This document shows positions 45,743-54,783 of a stretch of DNA of 64,000 bases, in pieces (position 1 is the stretch's first letter; every line of letters begins with the position of its first letter). The translations under genes and the position numbers were made by a program. The stretch lies in assembly GCA_030650395.1 (NCBI GenBank), contig JAUSDY010000171.1, positions 6,554 through 70,553 on the forward strand, written 5' to 3'. The DNA comes from Acidobacteriota bacterium. Its GTDB lineage: Bacteria > Acidobacteriota > Vicinamibacteria > Vicinamibacterales > UBA2999. The notes beneath the pieces are model-generated. The model saw nothing but the letters and a program-made list of their open reading frames with translations. It was not told the DNA's origin and did no database searches.

Positions 45743-46186
45743 TGGCGATTGTCCTTCCGCTCTGCGCCGCATACGCGCTGTGGTGCCTGTTCACGATGCC
45801 GGCAGGACCGATCACCACGCCAGACTCGGTGCACTATCTCAATGCCTCGCCGATCGTTCCGCTCGGCTACCCGCTCTTCCTGAACCTCGTCGGCGCGCGC
45901 GGCGCGATGTTCGCGCAGCCGATGCTGTTTGCGGCGGCGCTCGCCGTGCTCGGGCGCGAAACCATTCGCCTTGTGGACGGTCGATCGCCTGCGGCACCCC
46001 GACACCGCTGCCCCGCTCACGCAGTTCATCGCGAGCAATCGGCCGCTGCCGTTCGAAAAGGAGGCGTTCCGCGTCGATCCCGACGTCACGATCGCCTTCA
46101 CCGCCGACGGCTTATGGCCGGCGATCACCACGGCAGCGCTGTATGGTGTCTGGGCGGTTTGGGTTAAGTTGAAAGTTGAAAGTTGA
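45742..46186 (+). pseudogene. frameshifted small membrane-protein gene (possible remnant)
   Basis: ATG 45742 (TGATG overlap with gatA) opens a high-GC3 hydrophobic frame up to about 45955. High GC3 then continues in the +1 frame (KPFALWTVDRL...WAVWVKLKVES, stop 46184-86). The original frame becomes Arg-rich and low-GC3. Confidence 0.4.
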
Positions 46187-46318
46187 AAGTTGAGAGTTTC
46201 AGTTGCCAGTTCAGTTGGAAGTGTGAAGTCTTACGTTCGCGTGGGCGAGTCGAACTTTGAACTCAAAACTGAACTTGAAACTGAAACTTCCAACTTTCAA
46301 CTTTCAACTTTCAACTTG
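46166..46318. repeat. 153-nt tandem-word composite palindrome (GTTGAAA heptamers + AGTTCAGTT words)
   Basis: gttgaaa x3-4 + gagtttcagttgccagttcagttggaagt opposes aactgaacttgaaactgaaacttcc + aactttc x3-4, with a ~40-nt central loop. Confidence 0.9.
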
Positions 46319-46323
46319 ACCGG

Positions 46324-47535
46324 TCACTGAGCGGTCATGTTGGGACGACCCTGTCGGAGAACGTACTTCTGTATTTTCCCGGTGGCGGTCTTCGGTAACT
46401 CCGCGATCGGGGTAAAGCCGTGCGGCACCTTGAAGTGGGCCATGTTCGCCCGGCAAAACTCGCGCAATGCCTCGGCGGTAGCCGACTGGCCGCTCTTGAA
46501 CACCACGAACGCGTGCGGCGCCTCGCCCCATTTGTCGTGGGGCAGCCCGACGACGGCGGCTTCCTGGATGGCGTCGTGGCGAAGCAGCATGGCCTCGACT
46601 TCGACCGATGAAATGTTCTCGCCGCCGCTGATAATCACGTCCTTCAGCCGATCGGTGATCTGGACGTAGCCGTCGGGGTGCACGACCGCGGCATCGCCGG
46701 TGTGAAACCAGCCGTCGCCCATGCATTTCGCGGTGGCCTCGGGGTCGTTGTAGTACCCCGCCATGATGACGTTGCCGCGGGCGATGATTTCTCCCGCGGA
46801 CGTGCCGTCCGCGGGCACCTCTCGGCCGTTTTCGTCCACCACCCGCAGCTCGCCGGAGGTGATGAGCTCGACGCCCTGGCGAGATTTGATGCGGGCGCGG
46901 TCCGACGCGCCGAGCGCGTCGTGTTCGGGCAGCGGCTCGCAGATGCTGATGGCCGGGGCGGTTTCGGTGAGGCCGTAGATCTGCGTCACGGTCCACCCCA
47001 TCTCGCCCTCGATGCGCTCGATCGTCACGGCCGCGGGCGGCGCGCCGGCCGTCATCACGCCCACGCCGCGCGGCAGCCCGGCCTTCACCTCCGCGGGCGC
47101 GCTGGCCAGCATGATCAGCACGGTGGGCGCCGCGCACATCCGTGTGATGCGCTCGTCCTTCACCAGCCGGAACACGGTCGCGGCCTCGAGCTTGGATCCG
47201 GGGCCCCCACCACGCGTACTTTGCGTGGTGGGGTGGAGGCACACGTGCGTCGCGCCGGCGGCCGTCACCGTCCACGTGAACGTCCAGCCGTTGGCGTGGA
47301 ACATCGGCAGCGTCCACAGGTAGCGATCGCGCGGCGTCATCGGCGTGTGCACCAGCATGCCGACGCAGTTCATCCACGCGTTGCGATGCGTGATCATCAC
47401 GCCCTTGGGACGCGACGTGGTGCCGCTGGTGTAGTTGATCGTCAGCAGATCGCGCTCGCCGATCGCGGGCGGCGTGAAGCGCGCCGTCGCCGCGGCGACG
47501 AGCGTTTCGTAATCGAGCCATCCTTCTCTCGACAA
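46324..47535 (-). CDS. acyl-CoA synthetase (AMP-binding enzyme), C-terminal 403-codon fragment
   Basis: Contains INYTSGTTSRPKGVMITH and the remaining AMP-binding/C-terminal domain motifs. Separated from its N-terminal part by an in-frame TGA. The only start available is TTG 47535. Confidence 0.65.
   Translation of the reverse strand: MSREGWLDYETLVAAATARFTPPAIGERDLLTINYTSGTTSRPKGVMITHRNAWMNCVGMLVHTPMTPRDRYLWTLPMFHANGWTFTWTVTAAGATHVCLHPTTQSTRGGGPGSKLEAATVFRLVKDERITRMCAAPTVLIMLASAPAEVKAGLPRGVGVMTAGAPPAAVTIERIEGEMGWTVTQIYGLTETAPAISICEPLPEHDALGASDRARIKSRQGVELITSGELRVVDENGREVPADGTSAGEIIARGNVIMAGYYNDPEATAKCMGDGWFHTGDAAVVHPDGYVQITDRLKDVIISGGENISSVEVEAMLLRHDAIQEAAVVGLPHDKWGEAPHAFVVFKSGQSATAEALREFCRANMAHFKVPHGFTPIAELPKTATGKIQKYVLRQGRPNMTAQ
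47198..47238. repeat. 41-nt CCACCACGCG hairpin element inside the acyl-CoA synthetase fragment
   Basis: ccggggc-ccccaccacgc-gtacttt-gcgtggtgggg-tggag, 39/41 identical to the intergenic copy at 54794-54834. Translated as HPTTQSTRGGGPGS. Confidence 0.9.
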
Positions 47536-47555
47536 ACCTCAAGGTTTGTCGCCAC
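47530..47555 (-). repeat. GTGG-headed stem-loop (REP-like) that interrupts the acyl-CoA synthetase reading frame
   Basis: Minus strand reads gtgg-cgacaaacc-ttga-ggtttgtcg. The loop TGA (47539-41) is the in-frame stop. A 21-nt tandem duplication (47551-71 / 47572-92) is adjacent. Confidence 0.9.
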
Positions 47556-47979
47556 CTCGGTCGAGCGCGACGCCACCTCCGTCGAGCGCGACGAAGTGCG
47601 TGACATCAGGCAGGCTGGCGCGGATGGAATCCACCGCGTCGAGGTAGTCGGCCGACGCGCACACCACCTTCGCGCCGCTGTGTTGGATCAGGTATTTGAA
47701 GTCGTCCGCAATCAACCGGAAGTTGAGCGGCACCAGCACGGCGCCCATCTGGGGCACCGCATAGAACGCCTCGAGCTGCGCGTGCGAGTTCGGCGCGATG
47801 TAAGCGACCCGGTCGCCGGGGCCGACGCCCATTTCGTGCAGGACGCTCGACCACCGATCGCAGCGATCGCCGAACGCCTCGTAGGTCCAGCGCTCCGCGC
47901 CATCAACGACCGCTTCGCGATTGCCGTGAAGCCGCCGCGCACGGCGCATGAATTCCAGTGGGGTCAGCGCCACTTCCAT
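47539..47979 (-). CDS. acyl-CoA synthetase (AMP-binding enzyme), N-terminal 146-codon fragment
   Basis: MEVALTPLEFMRRARRLHGNREAVVDG...VAYIAPNSHAQLEAFYAVPQMGAVLVPLNFRL is a typical N-terminus of medium-chain acyl-CoA ligases. It ends at the TGA in the hairpin loop. Confidence 0.65.
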   Translation of the reverse strand: MEVALTPLEFMRRARRLHGNREAVVDGAERWTYEAFGDRCDRWSSVLHEMGVGPGDRVAYIAPNSHAQLEAFYAVPQMGAVLVPLNFRLIADDFKYLIQHSGAKVVCASADYLDAVDSIRASLPDVTHFVALDGGGVALDRGGDKP

Positions 47980-47997
47980 AGTGCGCGGGATTGTAGT

Positions 47998-48116
47998 TGA
48001 GTTCAGAGTGCAGCGTTAAGAGTTAAGAGTTAAGAGTTAAGAGTTAAGAGTTAAGAGTTAAGAAAAATGCCTCGAGTTCGGAGTTCTTAACTCTAAACTC
48101 TTAACGCTGAACTCAG
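47998..48116. repeat. tandem-word composite palindrome (7 x GTTAAGA heptamers)
   Basis: tgagttcag(agtgcag)cgttaagag pairs with ctcttaacgctgaactca. The left arm carries 7 GTTAAGA units (48015-63) against about 2 in the right arm. Confidence 0.9.
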
Positions 48117-48457
48117 ACAGCCGCAGGTCGGTGCCGCATCAGCGCCCAGATCATCAGGCCGAGAAGAAGGAACGGGATGGCCGGAACGAGCAGCGCCAGT
48201 AATGCGGCGATCGCGCCGACGACGACCACGGCGGCTACGACGACCAGGAGGATTGGGATGGCGGCAGCGCCCGCAGCGAGGCCGATGGCTCCAAATGTGA
48301 GAGCCACCGGAATCATCAGCACCTTGAACAGGAGGCGGAACGGCAGCAAGACCGTCCAGAACGCCATTCGGATGATGAAGAAGACGAGGCCGATCAGCGA
48401 GAAGAAGGCCAGCCCGGCAGCGGCGAGCAGGCCCGCGAACGCGAGGAATCCGATCAT
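48113..48457 (-). CDS. small integral membrane protein (3-4 TM helices)
   Basis: The ORF is almost entirely hydrophobic (MIGFLAFAGLLAAAGLAFFSLIGLVFFII...). ATG 48457 was chosen because the longer ORF overlaps the upstream gene. Confidence 0.5.
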   Translation of the reverse strand: MIGFLAFAGLLAAAGLAFFSLIGLVFFIIRMAFWTVLLPFRLLFKVLMIPVALTFGAIGLAAGAAAIPILLVVVAAVVVVGAIAALLALLVPAIPFLLLGLMIWALMRHRPAAV

Positions 48458-48492
48458 CTCAAATGAAGAGACGAGGCCGGGGCCTCGTCGGT

Positions 48493-48786
48493 TCACCTGA
48501 GGTCGATAACCACCTTGAAATCGGGGAGGCTCCACTGCACGAGGTTCTGCTTAACCTCTTCCATGGCAACCCTTTCCGGCTTCAACAACTTCACGGCCGG
48601 CAGGAGCTCTTCGGGGGAGCGGTCGAGCCGGATGCGGGCGCCGCGGCGCAGCTGCTTCGCCCTCAGGGCCGACACGTCCACGAACAGGAATCGGCTCTCG
48701 ATGGGGGGCGCCTTGGGGTGAACAATGGGCGCGTCATCGGGTGATGGGGCGGCGTCCTGCCCCTGCGGGATCTCGTTCTCTGACAT
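48493..48786 (-). CDS. RNA polymerase omega subunit-like protein
   Basis: The core ESRFLFVDVSALRAKQLRRGA resembles the RpoZ signature (NRFxLVxxAAxRARQLxxG). The N-terminal extension and genomic context are atypical. Confidence 0.45.
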   Translation of the reverse strand: MSENEIPQGQDAAPSPDDAPIVHPKAPPIESRFLFVDVSALRAKQLRRGARIRLDRSPEELLPAVKLLKPERVAMEEVKQNLVQWSLPDFKVVIDLR

Positions 48787-48815
48787 AGCCTTTCAGCTTA
48801 CCACAGGCTCCTTAT

Positions 48816-48896
48816 GGACTTGAGGGCTTGAGGACTTGAAGGGCTTGAGGACTTGAAGGCGACCAAGCCCCCAAGCCCTTAAGCCCCCAAGCCCTG
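48816..48896. repeat. tandem-word composite palindrome (GGRCTTGA / CCAAGCCC words)
   Basis: ggacttgagggcttgaggacttgaagggcttgaggacttgaaggc opposes gaccaagcccccaagcccttaagcccccaagccc. It lies between the dnaK stop and the rpoZ-like start. Confidence 0.85.
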
Positions 48897-48900
48897 GGTG

Positions 48901-50622
<1,722 letters not shown>

Positions 50623-50665
50623 ATTTTCTGGTCCTCCTGAGGACGGATCGATAGTGCCTATTTTA

Positions 50666-50706
50666 TGAGTGTTTGTAAAGCAATTTATATTAGTTATTAA
50701 CACTCA
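50666..50706. promoter_or_regulatory. inverted repeat in the AT-rich dnaK / hsp20 divergent control region
   Basis: TGAGTGTT-N25-AACACTCA, embedded in the most AT-rich ~60 bp of the window, between divergent heat-shock genes. Confidence 0.35.
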
Positions 50707-50824
50707 CATACATAAGACGCTGGAAACTCCACGAAGTTCCACGTGGTCCCTGGCTAGCTCGACCATTTTCGGAGCCCGGAGGCCCGGCGCCCGGAGCCCG
50801 GACAAAGCGCTAGAATCGAAGGGA

Positions 50825-51292
50825 ATGGCCGCGTTTTCCACGAGCCCGCACGACCTCGATCCCGCTCACCTGGCCCAGGACGTCCACCGGCTGTTTGACG
50901 ATCTCGCCCGCGGGCGTCCAGAGCGGCGGCACGTGGTCGCCGGTGAGTGCATGCCGGTCGTGGACGTGTTCGTTACCGAGCACAGCGTGGAGATCGTGTT
51001 CGATCTCCCCGGGGTGTCGGCCGACGCGCTTCGCATCTTGATCAAGAACGGCGTGGTGCTGGTGGTGGGCGAGAAGGAACGCCCCGAGCCGTCGAAGCGC
51101 GCGCCCGCGAGTTTTCATCTCGTCGAGCGGGACTTCGGGCGCTTCGCCCGAGCCGTGCGCGTGCAGTCGGCGTTCGATGCGTCGGCGGTGCGCGCGCGCC
51201 TGGCCAACGGCGAGCTCCACGTCGTGCTGCCCCGCCTGCAGGAACGACGCGGGCAAGGGATTTTGATTCCTGTTGAAACGCCCGGCGAATGA
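50825..51292 (+). CDS. Hsp20/alpha-crystallin family small heat-shock protein
   Basis: Alpha-crystallin domain (PVVDVFVTEHSVEIVFDLPGV...FGRFARAVRV...ANGELHVVLP). Confidence 0.85.
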   Translation: MAAFSTSPHDLDPAHLAQDVHRLFDDLARGRPERRHVVAGECMPVVDVFVTEHSVEIVFDLPGVSADALRILIKNGVVLVVGEKERPEPSKRAPASFHLVERDFGRFARAVRVQSAFDASAVRARLANGELHVVLPRLQERRGQGILIPVETPGE

Positions 51293-52119
51293 AGCTGCTC
51301 TTCATCGGCGACATCGTCGGTCGCCCGGGCCGTGACCTCGTACGGCGGCATCTCAAGGCACTGGCGTCTTCCCTGGGTGTGGACCTGGTAATTGCCAACG
51401 GCGAGAACGCGGCCGGCGGTGCCGGCATTACGCGCGACAACACCAACGAGATCCTCGCGGCCGGTGTCGACGTGATCACGTCGGGCAATCACGTCTGGGA
51501 CAAGCGGGAAACGCTGGAGTTCATCGGCACGGAGCCTCGCCTGGTCCGGCCGGCCAACTACCCCGCCGGAACCCCGGGCCTCGGCTGTTACGTCGTGACC
51601 ACCCGCACTGGCGTACGGGTCGGCGTGATCAACGTCATGGGCCGCGTGTTTCTACATGCCCTTGACGATCCGTTTCGTGTCGCCGAGCGGGAAATCGAGC
51701 GCGTCCGAAACGAGGGCGCGCAAATCATCTTTGTCGACATCCACGCCGAAACGACGTCCGAGAAAATGGCGCTTGGTTGGTACCTCGATGGCAAGGTCTC
51801 GGCGGTGGTCGGCACGCACACGCACGTGCAGACTGCCGACGAACGGATTCTGCCGGGTGGCACGGCGTATCTGACCGATGTGGGCATGACCGGCCCGCAC
51901 GACGGCGTCATCGGCATGGACCGCACCGCGGTAATCGCCCGTTTCATGTCGGGCCTGCCGGTGCGATTCGAGCCGGCGAGTGGCGATGCGCGTCTCCACG
52001 GCGTCACCATCACGGCGGATCCGGTCACGGGAAGGGCGACTGCGATTGAGCGCGTTGCCCTGACGGAAGAACAACTCAAAGAACTGACAGATCGGGCGTC
52101 CGCGGTTTCAACCGCATGA
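51289..52119 (+). CDS. ymdB: YmdB-family metallophosphoesterase (2',3'-cyclic-nucleotide 2'-phosphodiesterase)
   Basis: MKLLFIGDIVGRPGR, ANGENAAGG and GNHVWDK motifs typical of the TIGR00282/YmdB family. Confidence 0.85.
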   Translation: MKLLFIGDIVGRPGRDLVRRHLKALASSLGVDLVIANGENAAGGAGITRDNTNEILAAGVDVITSGNHVWDKRETLEFIGTEPRLVRPANYPAGTPGLGCYVVTTRTGVRVGVINVMGRVFLHALDDPFRVAEREIERVRNEGAQIIFVDIHAETTSEKMALGWYLDGKVSAVVGTHTHVQTADERILPGGTAYLTDVGMTGPHDGVIGMDRTAVIARFMSGLPVRFEPASGDARLHGVTITADPVTGRATAIERVALTEEQLKELTDRASAVSTA

Positions 52120-53606
52120 GCAAACTCCCCTTCGACGAGGAACCGCCACCAACCAAGGTGCCGAAGGCACCAGCACAGGTGCGTACGGTGCCAGCGGTGC
52201 CTAAGGGGTTGGTGCCTAATGTGCCTATCGTGCCTAAGGTACAGGCGCCGACGGTGCAGGTGCCGGTGCGACAAGTCCTCACAGTCAGCGAGTTGTCAGC
52301 CACGATTCGCGATGCGCTCGAGACGAAGTTTCAGAAGGTCTGGGTCGAGGGCGAGATTTCTAACGCTCGGCTGTGGAATACCGGCCACCTGTATTTCACG
52401 CTGAAAGACAGCGCGTCGCAGATCAAGGGCGTGATGTTCCGCTCGGCGCTGCGCTACCTGAAGTTCAAGCCTGAAGACGGGCTGCACGTCGTGGCGCGCG
52501 GGAAGATCAGCGTCTACGACCCGAAAGGCGAATACCAGATCATCTGCGAGCACCTCGAGCCCAAGGGCTTCGGGCCGCTGCAGCTCGCCTTCGAGCAGCT
52601 CAAGAAAAAGCTTCTGGCCGAGGGGCTGTTCGACGCGGCGCGCAAGCGTGCGCTGCCTGCCCTGCCCAGGCGGATCGGCCTGGTGACCTCGATCGACGGC
52701 GCGGCGCTGCGCGACATGGTGCGCGTGCTGCGCCGCCGTTATCCCAATGCGCATTTGATTATCTCGCCGTCACGCGTCCAGGGTGAAGGCGCGGCCGCCG
52801 AAGTGGTGCGCGCGCTCAAGCTCGTGACGCGCGTGCAGCACGTGGATGTGGTGATCGTCGCCCGCGGCGGCGGCTCGCTCGAAGACCTGTGGGCGTTCAA
52901 CGACGAGGCCCTGGCCCGTGCCATCGCGGCGTCGCCGGTGCCGGTGATCTCGGGCGTCGGCCACGAGACCGACGTCACGATCTGCGATTTCGTTTCCGAC
53001 CTTCGCGCCGCGACACCGTCGGCGGCCGCCGAGCTCGTGGTGCGCAGGAAAGACGAGTTTGTTGCGCAGATCACCCGCACCTGCGGCCAGCTCGATGCCG
53101 CGCTTCGTAATCGCCTCCGCCGGATGGAATCGCGGCTGCATTCGCTCGAAGCGCGGTCGGGGTATGCGGGGTTTGCCGGCCGGCTGGCGTTTCGCGGCCG
53201 CCATACCTCCGAGTTGACCGCGGCGCTGCGTCACGCCGCCGGCCACGAGATCGCCAGGCGATCGCGCCGGCACGAACAGCTGCGCCGCTCGCTCGATCAG
53301 TTCGACCCGCGCCATCGGCTCGGCGCGGTCCGGACGCGGCTGGTGTCGCGCGAAGCGCAGTTGACCGCCGCTGCGCGGCGGCGAATCGGCGTGCTGCAAT
53401 CGCGATTCGGGGGACTGGCCGCGCGAATCGAAGGCCTCAGTCCTCTGGCTGTGCTCGGCCGCGGCTACGCCGTGACCTGGGACGCCGCCCGAACGCGTAT
53501 TATTCGTGACGCAGCCACGGTCAAGCCCGGCGACGATATTCGCGTGACGCTTGAAAAAGGCGTCATCGACGCAACAGTAACGAGAACTCATGGACCCGAC
53601 CATTAA
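52116..53606 (+). CDS. xseA: exodeoxyribonuclease VII large subunit
   Basis: OB-fold N-terminus (LTVSELSATIRDALE...VWVEGEISN) plus the catalytic and coiled C-terminal regions. ATG 52116 overlaps the ymdB stop. An alternative GTG 52266 would exclude the repeat-encoded first 50 codons. Confidence 0.85.
   Translation: MSKLPFDEEPPPTKVPKAPAQVRTVPAVPKGLVPNVPIVPKVQAPTVQVPVRQVLTVSELSATIRDALETKFQKVWVEGEISNARLWNTGHLYFTLKDSASQIKGVMFRSALRYLKFKPEDGLHVVARGKISVYDPKGEYQIICEHLEPKGFGPLQLAFEQLKKKLLAEGLFDAARKRALPALPRRIGLVTSIDGAALRDMVRVLRRRYPNAHLIISPSRVQGEGAAAEVVRALKLVTRVQHVDVVIVARGGGSLEDLWAFNDEALARAIAASPVPVISGVGHETDVTICDFVSDLRAATPSAAAELVVRRKDEFVAQITRTCGQLDAALRNRLRRMESRLHSLEARSGYAGFAGRLAFRGRHTSELTAALRHAAGHEIARRSRRHEQLRRSLDQFDPRHRLGAVRTRLVSREAQLTAAARRRIGVLQSRFGGLAARIEGLSPLAVLGRGYAVTWDAARTRIIRDAATVKPGDDIRVTLEKGVIDATVTRTHGPDH
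52156..52268 (+). repeat. degenerate 9-mer array (GTGCCTNNN) at the 5' end of xseA
   Basis: aaggtgccg aaggcacca ... gcggtgcct aaggggttg gtgcctaat gtgcctatc gtgcctaag ..., the same GGTGCCT word as 41732-94. Would encode KVPKAPAQVRTVPAVPKGLVPNVPIVPKVQAPTVQVPV. Confidence 0.8.
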
Positions 53607-53841
53607 GGATTTTGAAGCGGCGATCGCGGAGCTCGAAGGCATCGTCAAGAAGCTCGAAGACGGCGACCTCGCGCTCGAGAAATCCCTCGAGCTCTACGAG
53701 CGGGGCGTGCAGCTGTCGCGCTTCTGCCATTCGCGCCTCGAGGAGGCAGAGCGCCGCATCGAGATCGTGAACGAACGCGGCGAGCTCAAGGCCGCGCCCT
53801 CGTCTCTGCGCCTGCCCGACGACGACGATGGAGAGTCGTGA
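53590..53841 (+). CDS. xseB: exodeoxyribonuclease VII small subunit
   Basis: FEAAIAELEGIVKKLEDGDLALEKSLELYERGVQLSRFC, a typical XseB. Confidence 0.9.
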   Translation: MDPTIKDFEAAIAELEGIVKKLEDGDLALEKSLELYERGVQLSRFCHSRLEEAERRIEIVNERGELKAAPSSLRLPDDDDGES

Positions 53842-54770
53842 CGTTCGCTGAGTACCTGGACGCGCGGCGAAAAGAGGTCGAGGCCGCGCTCGAAGTTTAC
53901 CTTCCCAAATCGCCTCGCATTCCTGCCGTCGTGGCCGACGCCATGCGCTATAGCCTGATGGCCGGCGGCAAGCGCCTCCGCCCCTTGCTGGTGCTGGCCA
54001 GCGCCGAAGGCGCGGCGCAATCGATCGGCACATCCGAAGTGGCCGCCCGCGACGCGGCGATGGCCGCAGCCTGCGCGATCGAGATGATCCATACCTACTC
54101 GCTCATTCACGACGATCTGCCGTCGATGGATGACGACGACCTGCGGCGTGGACGTCCGACGTCGCACATCGTGCATGGCGAGGGCATGGCGATTCTCGCC
54201 GGGGACGGCCTGCAGGCCGAAGCCTTCAGCCTGCTGGCGCGCGAGCCGCAAGGACTGCACCTGACGCTGACGGCGCGCAAGCTGCGCGTGCTCGGGCTCG
54301 TCGCTGAGGCGGCGGGACCCGCGGGCATGGTCGGCGGTCAGGCGATCGATCTCCACGCGGTCAGTGCCACGCCCGCCGCGGCGCCGCTCGATGCAGACGG
54401 ATTGAGAGAGATGCACGCGCGAAAGACCGGCGCGCTGATTCGCGCGTCGGTCGCATCCGGCGCGGTGATGGGCGGCGCCGACGATCGCCTCGTCGCAACG
54501 CTGGACATCTACGGGACCGAGATCGGGCTCGCGTTCCAGATCGTCGACGACATTCTCGACGTCGAAGGCGCGGCCGCCACCCTCGGCAAGACGGCGGGTA
54601 AAGATCACGCGGCCGGCAAGCCGACCTATCCGGCATTCTTCGGTCTGGAGAAATCGCGCGCGCTGGCGGCAGACTGCCATGGCCGCGCCAGGCAGGCGCT
54701 CGACAAGGCGGGCCTGCTCGACTCGCGCCTCGATGACATCGCCACGTGGATCATCAAACGTGACAAGTAG
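53838..54770 (+). CDS. ispA: (2E,6E)-farnesyl/geranylgeranyl diphosphate synthase
   Basis: First and second Asp-rich motifs (HDDLPSMDDDDLRRG, FQIVDDILD). GTG start overlaps the xseB stop. Confidence 0.9.
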   Translation: MTFAEYLDARRKEVEAALEVYLPKSPRIPAVVADAMRYSLMAGGKRLRPLLVLASAEGAAQSIGTSEVAARDAAMAAACAIEMIHTYSLIHDDLPSMDDDDLRRGRPTSHIVHGEGMAILAGDGLQAEAFSLLAREPQGLHLTLTARKLRVLGLVAEAAGPAGMVGGQAIDLHAVSATPAAAPLDADGLREMHARKTGALIRASVASGAVMGGADDRLVATLDIYGTEIGLAFQIVDDILDVEGAAATLGKTAGKDHAAGKPTYPAFFGLEKSRALAADCHGRARQALDKAGLLDSRLDDIATWIIKRDK

Positions 54771-54783
54771 GACGACGCTACGA

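Noticed and set aside
47539-47541. TGA in the acyl-CoA synthetase as a selenocysteine codon with a SECIS hairpin
   Set aside because: The UGA lies in the loop of a repeat-family hairpin, not upstream of a SECIS stem. The hairpin is a dispersed element with copies at 16184 and 33333, and AMP-binding enzymes are not known selenoproteins at this position.
48015-48063. Possible CRISPR array (regular short repeats here and at 41732-41794, 945-984 and 28638-28777)
   Set aside because: The units are 7-10 nt and directly abutting, with no unique spacers. No cas genes are in the window. These are simple tandem-word arrays within palindromic elements.
50666-50706. CIRCE (HrcA) operator upstream of dnaK
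   Set aside because: CIRCE is TTAGCACTC-N9-GAGTGCTAA. Here the half-site-like sequences are in everted order, 25 nt apart and mismatched (GAGTGTT / AACACTC). It is reported only as an uncharacterised inverted repeat.
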